Source: a virus
Taxonomy: Duplodnaviria; Caudoviricetes
Strand: one strand, 5' to 3'
DNA length: 39,793 nt
Virus record (IMG/VR): IMGVR_UViG_3300017913_001925
Location: 1-39,793 of that record
Shown: piece after piece, positions 27,824 through 35,971 of the stretch
How positions within the stretch are numbered: position 1 is the first letter of the stretch
Layout: the number at the start of each line of letters is the position of its first letter
Position numbers and translations under genes: made by a program
The notes under the pieces: generated by a model
Seen by the model: only the letters and a program-made list of their open reading frames with translations
Told to the model about the DNA's origin: nothing
Database searches by the model: none

Positions 27824-28123
27824 ATGAAGTTAATTCAACTACTTTTAGAAATAGACTACAGAACTTATGAAGCTATGGTAAAGATTACCTATGGTGAAGA
27901 GGGTTCTAAAGGGTATGATGATGCTTTACGTGCTTTACCCGGTGTTACCACAGTTACAGTAGCATCAGAAGACTCTGATAGTAGTTTAGCAACGTATAAA
28001 GTTAAATTAATCAGTCAGAAAGAGCCAATTGAGGCTTTTGCTGCATTTAAAGATAACGCAACCAGTAAATACAGTAATATAGTTAGTGTAGAAGTTGGTG
28101 AACAAACAATAGAAGAAAAGTAA
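27824..28123 (+). CDS. small alpha/beta protein with MKLIQLLLE leader
   Basis: Leader; LRALPGVTTVT motif. Confidence 0.7.
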   Translation: MKLIQLLLEIDYRTYEAMVKITYGEEGSKGYDDALRALPGVTTVTVASEDSDSSLATYKVKLISQKEPIEAFAAFKDNATSKYSNIVSVEVGEQTIEEK

Positions 28124-28614
28124 TGTTATTCGGATCAACTAGAGACTTTAATTTAATGACTAGACTTAGTCGTGAACTCATCAAAGATATAGTTGAGCAA
28201 GAAGTCCTTTACCATAAAATAAGTTTAGAAGACACAGACGTTAATTTATATGGTGAAGCAATGCAGAAATCATTTTACACTGCAGTTAAGTTAAATTGCT
28301 TGATAACTAGAGGGGATCAAGTATATGACATACAGGAATTTGGTCCTGATTTAGGTAGAGAAGCATCATTTGCTTTCATTAGACAGGATTTAACTGATGC
28401 AAATCTTGTAGCTGAGGTAGGAGACATACTTGAGTGGCACAACGACTTTTATGAAGTCGATACAGTTAGAGAGAATCAATTATTCTTAGGTAGAGACAGT
28501 AGTTATAACTTAGCATCATATGCAAATAACTTTGGTTCATCAGTTTCTATTATAGTTGATTGTCATCTTACAAGAGCAGATAAGGTAGGTATAAGTGAAG
28601 TAGTAAGTAGATAG
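28123..28614 (+). CDS. neck / head-closure protein (T4 gp14-like)
   Basis: NLYGEA..K, EVGDILEW...FYEVD; position after the gp13-like gene. Confidence 0.72.
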   Translation: MLFGSTRDFNLMTRLSRELIKDIVEQEVLYHKISLEDTDVNLYGEAMQKSFYTAVKLNCLITRGDQVYDIQEFGPDLGREASFAFIRQDLTDANLVAEVGDILEWHNDFYEVDTVRENQLFLGRDSSYNLASYANNFGSSVSIIVDCHLTRADKVGISEVVSR

Positions 28615-28618
28615 ATAA

Positions 28619-29404
28619 ATGGCAGGAAAAAAACCAACACCACAGTACGAAGTACAAAATAATCTTCAAAATAGAGCTTTACAAGTTTCTAGAGACAATG
28701 ATACTGTTCAGACTATAACTGTTGGTGTTAAGGATATTGATGAAGCTATATTTTACTACTTTAATAGTGTATTGAGACCACAAGTCTTACAAAATGGTAG
28801 CCAAATAAACGTACCGTTAGTGTATGCATCACCTGAAAGATGGGCATCTATGCAGAAAGATGGTTACTATAGAGATAAAAATGGAAAAATGCAAGCTCCT
28901 TTGATTACTTTTAGAAGAGCAAGCATTGAAAAGAATAGACAATTAGGAAATAAGTTAGATGGTAACAATCCTCAAAACTTTGGCATCTTTACTAAGAAGT
29001 TTTCACGTAAAAATGCATATGATAGATTTGGAGTTCTTAATAATAGAGTACCAGATCAGGAATTATATGCTGTTGCTATACCTGATTATGTGAATATTGT
29101 TTACAACTGTGTAGTATTTACTGACTATATGGAGCAAAACAATAAAATTATTGAAGGAATTAATTTTGCATCCGATTCATATTGGGGAGATGTAGATAAG
29201 TTTAAGTTTAGAGCAATGATAAACACTTACACTACATCAACTGAATTAGTTCAGGGTGATGATAGAATAGTTAAGACAGAATTTGATATCAATCTACTTG
29301 GATATATTATTACTGACACTATAAATGCTGTAAATTTCAACACAAAAAAGATGTTCAGCAAATCGTCAGTAAAAATTACTAATGAGATTAGTTCAAAAGG
29401 CTAG
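28619..29404 (+). CDS. tail terminator / sheath stabiliser (T4 gp15-like)
   Basis: VPLVYASPERW, PLITF, PDYVNIVY, EQNNKIIE. Confidence 0.72.
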   Translation: MAGKKPTPQYEVQNNLQNRALQVSRDNDTVQTITVGVKDIDEAIFYYFNSVLRPQVLQNGSQINVPLVYASPERWASMQKDGYYRDKNGKMQAPLITFRRASIEKNRQLGNKLDGNNPQNFGIFTKKFSRKNAYDRFGVLNNRVPDQELYAVAIPDYVNIVYNCVVFTDYMEQNNKIIEGINFASDSYWGDVDKFKFRAMINTYTTSTELVQGDDRIVKTEFDINLLGYIITDTINAVNFNTKKMFSKSSVKITNEISSKG

Positions 29405-29413
29405 CTACTGAGC

Positions 29414-29421
29414 TATTTATT
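29414..29421 (+). promoter_or_regulatory. putative late promoter variant TATTTATT
   Basis: Intergenic, 45 nt before the ATG at 29467. Confidence 0.5.
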
Positions 29422-29466
29422 AACAGAAAAGTGTTGTCGTAAAAAATTGTAAACTAAAAGAGGTAA

Positions 29467-32400
29467 ATGACTACTTTTTCATCTGAACTCTCCGGATCGT
29501 TAATTCTTAACTCAGGAAGTGTTACCGCCGAACTTCAACCGTATTCGGGAGGCTTAAATGTATCTGGTTCTGATCTCTACATAAACGGAATTGCTCTTGA
29601 TACTCGTATCCGAGATCTTGAAGCTGGTAATGCAGGTACGGCTAGTTTAAGACCATTAAATGATTTTTCTGGTTCTATACTAACCTACACTGCATCTAAC
29701 AACCTTAGGGTAGGTGCATTAGAAAGCTCTTCAGCTGCCCTCAATACTAAAACCGGCTCTTTACAATCACAAGTAGATAGTTTAATATCGGTAACCGGTT
29801 CCTATTTAACTACCTCATCAACTTACTTTTCATCTTCTGCCCAAATTTCATCTTCTGGATTCTTAACCTCGGAATCAGCAGCAGCAGAAGGTTTTGGATC
29901 CGGTGGTGACACAACACCTGATGGAACTATTAGTAGTTCAGCACAAATTGAAGAGTTTGGATTCGTAACTGGTTCACCAGATGGAACTATTTCAAGCTCA
30001 ACTCAAGTAATAGCTTCTTTACCTGCAGGCACTATCTCAGGTTCGGATCAAATAACTGGAAGTCTACCATCAGGCACAGTATCTGGTTCAGCACAAATAG
30101 AAGAGTTAGGCTTTATTACTTCATCTGGCATTGACACAAGCATTTTAGCCACTACTGGTTCAAATGTATTTTCTGGAAGCCAAACAGTCTCGGGTTCAGT
30201 AACTGCAACACAGTTCAGATCAACAGGTGGCGGTACTCCTACATTGATTGCAGGTAGTACTTTAAAATTAAGTGCTTCAAATGCTATTCAAATACAAGGA
30301 GGTGTACTTAGATTACCTTCTTTTGCTAATAGTGATACAGGTTCACTTACACTACAAACAGGAGACTTTATATTTAATACATCTTCTAATGATGTACAAG
30401 TATATTCTAGTTCAGCGTTTATAAACCTTCTTACTTCCCAATCAGCAGCCTCTTTAGGTTTTGGAGGAGCACCCGATGGTACCGTTAGTAGTTCTGCACA
30501 GGTAACAGGTTCTACTTTAATTACAGCATCAGTAAGTAGTAATACGATTACGTTTACAAAAGGTGATCAATCAACTTTCGATATAACAGTTGATACCGGT
30601 TCAGGAGGCGGTGGAGGAGATATTGGAACATTAAATTCATTCTCTGCTTCTGTTGCTACATTTACTGGTTCAATACAGACACAAGTTGACACATTAGAAA
30701 GTAAAACAGGTTCTTATGCTACTACAGCATCAAATCATTTTACTCAAAGTCAATTCTTTACCGGTTCATTGATACCACACGCTGATGGTACTAATAACGG
30801 TATATACGATTTAGGTACTCAACAAAATCCTTGGAGAGATTTATTCTTAACCACTGCATCGTTAAAGTTTGTTAAAGATGGAGAGATAGTTTCTACCGTA
30901 AGTGGTGAAAGAGAAGCTATTAGAGTAGGTAACGTATTAATTACCACCGCTTCATTAAGTATTATAAATAATGACGGTAGTATTGCCAACACAGTATTCT
31001 CTTCCAGTATAGATGGTAATGGTAGTGCATCATTAGCACAACAGGCAGAGGTTACTTTCGATGGTAACAAACAAGTTAGTAATACAGATTTAGGAGATTT
31101 ATTTTCAGCATCATTTAATCCAGGTACTACAGGAAGTATATCTGAGTTTTTAAATGCTGTTTTCTTCCCTAACTCAGCACCAACTATTACAACAGGTAAT
31201 CAAACAATATCAGAGTTTACGACATCTGGATCTACAATTACTACTGTAGCAGGAACAGACCCAGAAGGTCAATCACTTACATTTGGTACTTCATCAGCAT
31301 ATACAGATGATTTTGTTAGAGTAGCTTCAAATGGTACTATGACATTAAATGTTTTAGCAACAGGTTCAATGAATACTACAGATAGAGGTGACGGTACTTT
31401 AGCTCACCCTATAATTTTAAGAGCAGTTGATACATTTGATGCAGCAGTAACTAAAACAATATATTTAGATATTACATTAAATGAAGCTCCTGTATTTAGA
31501 CAAGATTCAGTATCAGGTAACGTTATTACAGCATTTTCTGCTTCAAGAAATGAAAGTGCTACAAGTGGTGAAGTAACTAAAATATACTTTACAGACCCAG
31601 AAAGTGATACTATAACCATAACTTCAGCATCAGATGCTAATAGTCATTTTATTTTCCAAAGAACAGGTTCATATGTTAGACTATTACAAAATACTGCATC
31701 TTTAGATTACGAAACTACTTCATCATATACTTTATCATTAACTGCATCAGATGAACATAACGTTTCTGGTGATGATGGTAATTCATTTACTACCTTACCT
31801 GTAACAATAACAGTGGTTGATAATGCAACACCAACAATCAACCCTCAAACAATTACAGGTGTTACAGAAAGTGCAGCAGCAAGTACCAATGCAGGTACAG
31901 TTTCTGCTACAGATACAGAAGGTAATACATTAACATTTGGTTCATTTACTTTAGCTGGTTTAAAGATAGACGGCAGTGATGTATCATTATCTACTTATGG
32001 AGGTACTGGTAAAAACGATCCTACTGAAAATGCATTCCAAATGAATTCATCTGGTCAAGTTACTGTAAAGTCAGGAGCATATTTGAATTCAGATTTAATT
32101 AATTCTTATATTTATAGTGCATCAGTTGCAGATGCATTTAATAACGCTGTTAGTGCTTCAGTTACTATACCGATAGTAGATGATCAAGCAGCAACAATAA
32201 GTGGGACTACAACACTTTATATAATAGAGTCAGCAGTATCAGGAGACGGTGTTAAAACTAACACAAATGGTTTTTCTGGTACTAATGCAAGATTTACAGC
32301 CGACCAAGCTGTTACTTGGTCTATATCATCTTCGAATGATTATAATATAAATTCTAGCGGGTACGTAACAATAGCAAGAAATATATCAGGTTCATCTGAT

Positions 32401-35259
32401 ATAGGTGGAGGACAAATTACAGGTAGAGTTACAGCTAGTAATGCTTTTGGTACCACTTCATCATTAGCATTTACAGTTAATATAACTGATAACGTTGCAC
32501 CGAATATCACATTTACTGATACTGACAGTAACCTAAACACGAATGGTGCAAGAAGTGGTTCAACAATCACAACCATATCATTTAATGACTCAGAAGGAGA
32601 CGATGTAGATCTTAATTCATTTAGTTTTACAGACCCATCTGGTCAATTAAACACAGTTCAAGCAGGAGGTACTTTCTTAGTACAACCTAATAACAATTTA
32701 AGCGGTTCATCATATGGATTTACAGCATCAATCGCAGATACAGGAAGCTTTGAAACAAGAACATCTTTTCACGATGTAACAATAGCATCAGCACCAATAG
32801 GTTCTGGTTCTACAAATGGAGCTTTCTATATCATAGAATCAGCAGTAAGCGGTGCAAATGTAGTACTCAATACAAACGGTAGAACAGGGACACAAGGAGA
32901 TGTAAATGTTACTTATGACCCACAGTACAATAGTGCAGCAGTTCAGTCATTTACCTCATCAAATTCTGCAATAGCTATTGATTCAAGTGGAGGTCTAACA
33001 TTAAATCTAAATTTAAGCGGTTCATCTACAAGTTCAGGAGATACTATTTCTTCAACAATTACATACCAGGACCAATATAATAATGTTGGGTCTAGTAGTA
33101 TTAGTGTTAGTGTAGCGTTGAATTCACTACCTACTGCTTCATTTACAAACCAGACTAGTAAGTTTAATACGAACTTAGGTACCAGTGGCACTACATTAGT
33201 ATCGGCAAGTATTACAGATGTTGAATCTGATACACCGTATAGTGCTAGTCTTTCTGGTTTGAGTGGATCTGCATTTACAATCCAATTTAATAATGCTAAT
33301 TCATCTTCTTTTGAAATAAAAGCAGCAAGTGATTTAGCAGCAGGAGATTATCCTTACACAGCTTCAGTATTTGATAACTTTGATAAGTCAAATGAATATA
33401 ACAGATCAATTACTATTGCACAAGCTCAAATAGGTACATTAATTTCATCTAGTAACTTCTTTATTATAGAGTCAGCTACTAACGGAGCATCAGCTAGATT
33501 AAATGCAGATGGTAGAACAGGTACAGCAGCAGATGTAAATGTTAATTATTCACCAGATTATGGAAGTCAAGCAGTTCAATCATTTACCTCATCAAATTCT
33601 CAACTTGCTTTAAATACATCTGGTAATATTACTTTAGGATTTAACTTAAGCGGGTCTGGTACAGCATCAGGGGATACTATAACTTCAGATATTACATATA
33701 GAGATCAATACGATAATATAGGTAGTGGAAGTATAACAGTAACTGTAGCAACAAACAATGCACCGGATATTATATTTAGTGACACATCAGGTAATCAAAA
33801 TACTAACTTAGGTAGATCAGGTAGTACATTAGTTACTTTAACATTTAGTGATACAGAAAGTGATACAATTAATTATGCAGGTGTAACATTTGAAGGAACA
33901 GGTAGTCAACTAAACCCAGTACGTTCTGGTAACAGCTGGTTAATTCAAGCTAAAAATAATTTAAGTGCTTCTACTTATTCATTTACTGCATCAGTTCAGG
34001 ATGAACATCAATTTAATACAAACACAGAAAGTGATTCATTTACTATCTCAGCTGCAGATATAGGTACTTTATCAGCTAACGGTACTTTATATATTATTGA
34101 AAGTGCAGAATCTGGTTCGTTTGTAGTAACTAACTCTAACGGTAGAACAGGTACAACAGGTAGTTTAAGTGTAAGTTATTCTCCAAGTTACGGTTCACCA
34201 GCAGTAGCATCATTTACTTCATCTAACTCTCAAGTTAATGTTGATAGTTCAGGTATAGTAACAGTTGCAGAACATATAAGCGGATCTGGTACAGGATCAG
34301 GAGATACTATTACTTCTACGATTACATTTAGAGATCAATATGATAATGTAGGATCTGGAAGTATAACAATAAATGTAACAGAAAATGCTGCACCAACAGT
34401 AATATCATTTACAGACATTACTTCTAACCAAACAGCTTCAGTAGCTGTAGGTACTGATTTAGTAAGTATGAGTATTAGTGATACAGAAAGTAACACACCA
34501 TTTAGTGCTTCATTAAGTGGTACAAATGCATCAGATCTTACTTTCCAATATCTTAATGCAGATTCATCATCAGCATTTATAGAAGCTGCAAGTACTTTAG
34601 CAGCAGGTACTTATAATTATAATGTAACAGTACATGATAGCTTTGGTAAATCTACCACTTATTCAGGTAGATCATTTACCATAGCATCACAACCTTACTT
34701 AGTCTATGCTTACGGATACGATGGAGGTTCTCCTTCATCAGAAGCAGCAGCTTTTGGTACATTAGGAGACACCGGAGGAGATGGAGTAGGCGTACAATCA
34801 GGATCAGTGATTGCAATGTTTGAAAGTGGTGCATTAGGTACTACATTTAGCCCTTCATTTGTAGGGGGAGATTGTGAATTACTATCAAGTGCAAGTTTAG
34901 AAAGGTTAAATAATGATAATACAGCAGATACAGGATCTGGTTTAGCAAGTTTAGGAGCTTTAGACTTTAGTGGAGATTCACAAATTGCTTTATTCTTATT
35001 CCCATCTGCATCAGTAGTAGCAGCAAAACCATCTGGAATGTATACAGCAGGATTACCAGATTCATCTCCTTCAGCAGGAGAATATGCATTATATGCATCT
35101 GATATTGCAATACCAGGAGTGGTTGGAGCAGCTGTTTACTACTTTGATTTAGAAAGTGCTCATTTAGGACATACAAACTGGGGTATGATATTCCAGACAG
35201 GACAAAATAATAATAATTCAAAATACTATTTGGTACCTTCATCAGGAAGTGCACCATAA
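29467..35259 (+). CDS. 1930-aa virion fibre / adhesin with SSSAQ repeats and tandem cadherin/Ig-like domains
   Basis: Cadherin-like motifs (GTDPEG, NEAPVF, SLDYETT, ATDTEG, NxAP); ~210-aa repeats beginning YIIESA; GxLIP...YDLG...PWRDLF fibre motif. Confidence 0.75.
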   Translation: MTTFSSELSGSLILNSGSVTAELQPYSGGLNVSGSDLYINGIALDTRIRDLEAGNAGTASLRPLNDFSGSILTYTASNNLRVGALESSSAALNTKTGSLQSQVDSLISVTGSYLTTSSTYFSSSAQISSSGFLTSESAAAEGFGSGGDTTPDGTISSSAQIEEFGFVTGSPDGTISSSTQVIASLPAGTISGSDQITGSLPSGTVSGSAQIEELGFITSSGIDTSILATTGSNVFSGSQTVSGSVTATQFRSTGGGTPTLIAGSTLKLSASNAIQIQGGVLRLPSFANSDTGSLTLQTGDFIFNTSSNDVQVYSSSAFINLLTSQSAASLGFGGAPDGTVSSSAQVTGSTLITASVSSNTITFTKGDQSTFDITVDTGSGGGGGDIGTLNSFSASVATFTGSIQTQVDTLESKTGSYATTASNHFTQSQFFTGSLIPHADGTNNGIYDLGTQQNPWRDLFLTTASLKFVKDGEIVSTVSGEREAIRVGNVLITTASLSIINNDGSIANTVFSSSIDGNGSASLAQQAEVTFDGNKQVSNTDLGDLFSASFNPGTTGSISEFLNAVFFPNSAPTITTGNQTISEFTTSGSTITTVAGTDPEGQSLTFGTSSAYTDDFVRVASNGTMTLNVLATGSMNTTDRGDGTLAHPIILRAVDTFDAAVTKTIYLDITLNEAPVFRQDSVSGNVITAFSASRNESATSGEVTKIYFTDPESDTITITSASDANSHFIFQRTGSYVRLLQNTASLDYETTSSYTLSLTASDEHNVSGDDGNSFTTLPVTITVVDNATPTINPQTITGVTESAAASTNAGTVSATDTEGNTLTFGSFTLAGLKIDGSDVSLSTYGGTGKNDPTENAFQMNSSGQVTVKSGAYLNSDLINSYIYSASVADAFNNAVSASVTIPIVDDQAATISGTTTLYIIESAVSGDGVKTNTNGFSGTNARFTADQAVTWSISSSNDYNINSSGYVTIARNISGSSDIGGGQITGRVTASNAFGTTSSLAFTVNITDNVAPNITFTDTDSNLNTNGARSGSTITTISFNDSEGDDVDLNSFSFTDPSGQLNTVQAGGTFLVQPNNNLSGSSYGFTASIADTGSFETRTSFHDVTIASAPIGSGSTNGAFYIIESAVSGANVVLNTNGRTGTQGDVNVTYDPQYNSAAVQSFTSSNSAIAIDSSGGLTLNLNLSGSSTSSGDTISSTITYQDQYNNVGSSSISVSVALNSLPTASFTNQTSKFNTNLGTSGTTLVSASITDVESDTPYSASLSGLSGSAFTIQFNNANSSSFEIKAASDLAAGDYPYTASVFDNFDKSNEYNRSITIAQAQIGTLISSSNFFIIESATNGASARLNADGRTGTAADVNVNYSPDYGSQAVQSFTSSNSQLALNTSGNITLGFNLSGSGTASGDTITSDITYRDQYDNIGSGSITVTVATNNAPDIIFSDTSGNQNTNLGRSGSTLVTLTFSDTESDTINYAGVTFEGTGSQLNPVRSGNSWLIQAKNNLSASTYSFTASVQDEHQFNTNTESDSFTISAADIGTLSANGTLYIIESAESGSFVVTNSNGRTGTTGSLSVSYSPSYGSPAVASFTSSNSQVNVDSSGIVTVAEHISGSGTGSGDTITSTITFRDQYDNVGSGSITINVTENAAPTVISFTDITSNQTASVAVGTDLVSMSISDTESNTPFSASLSGTNASDLTFQYLNADSSSAFIEAASTLAAGTYNYNVTVHDSFGKSTTYSGRSFTIASQPYLVYAYGYDGGSPSSEAAAFGTLGDTGGDGVGVQSGSVIAMFESGALGTTFSPSFVGGDCELLSSASLERLNNDNTADTGSGLASLGALDFSGDSQIALFLFPSASVVAAKPSGMYTAGLPDSSPSAGEYALYASDIAIPGVVGAAVYYFDLESAHLGHTNWGMIFQTGQNNNNSKYYLVPSSGSAP
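32215..34680 (+). repeat. four diverged ~210-aa tandem repeats within the 1930-aa protein
   Basis: [YF]IIESA recurs near 32218, 32827, 33460 and 34090; the last three share GRTGT, AV[QA]SFTSSNS, SGDTIxSxIT[YF]xDQYxN[VI]GS. Confidence 0.8.
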
Positions 35260-35269
35260 TACTTAGAAT

Positions 35270-35917
35270 ATGGCAGTAACTGCAACAGATATATATGTTA
35301 GATCCGGCAATTCCGGAGCGTTTACCAAGATTGACTTTGTTCAAGGAGGTTGGATAACGCTTCCGTCGGAATCAAATATGATTGCATTAGATCCTTCTAG
35401 AGTAGCAGAAGGGCAGATTGTCTATGTTCAGCACGAAAATAAACTTTATAAAGGTTCATTCTTTGAAGCCTTTGTAACCCCTGGATATAGTGGTTTTAGT
35501 AACTCTCAATCATTTGCAGAGTTTAGCTGGCCTGGTTCAGGTGGAGGAGGAGGAGCAACCGATACTGGTAGCCTACTTACTACAGCATCAGTGAACGCCA
35601 ACACAATAACATTTACTAAAGGTGATAGTACTACTTTTTCGATAACTGTAGATACTGGATCTGGAGGAGATGGAGATATAGGAACATTAAATTCTTTTTC
35701 TGCATCTGTTGCTACTTTTACAAGTTCTATACAAACACAAGTAGATGGACTACAGGACGTTACTGGATCATATGCAGTAACTGCTTCTAATACATTTACA
35801 GACGATCAAACAATTGACGGATTATTAATTTTAACAACACAATCTGCTACACCTACATTTGTATCTGGTGGTCTATATTTAGATACCAGTTATAATTTGT
35901 ATATTGGCGGTAGTTAA
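35270..35917 (+). CDS. virion fibre-associated protein
   Basis: Contains a ~75-aa segment nearly identical to one in the 1930-aa protein. Confidence 0.7.
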   Translation: MAVTATDIYVRSGNSGAFTKIDFVQGGWITLPSESNMIALDPSRVAEGQIVYVQHENKLYKGSFFEAFVTPGYSGFSNSQSFAEFSWPGSGGGGGATDTGSLLTTASVNANTITFTKGDSTTFSITVDTGSGGDGDIGTLNSFSASVATFTSSIQTQVDGLQDVTGSYAVTASNTFTDDQTIDGLLILTTQSATPTFVSGGLYLDTSYNLYIGGS

Positions 35918-35930
35918 TAGTAAATAAACA

Positions 35931-35938
35931 TATTTATA
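35931..35938 (+). promoter_or_regulatory. putative late promoter TATTTATA
   Basis: Intergenic, 33 nt before the ATG at 35972. Confidence 0.65.
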
Positions 35939-35971
35939 AACAACGACAGACCACTAAAACAATAATATAAC

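Noticed and set aside
897-35344. Minus-strand ORFs in the track (e.g. 897-1091, 13060-13338, 20987-21463, 23543-23857, 34967-35344)
   Set aside because: All lie antisense to well-supported genes and are Ser/Phe/Leu-rich shadows of acidic or Lys-rich sense codons.
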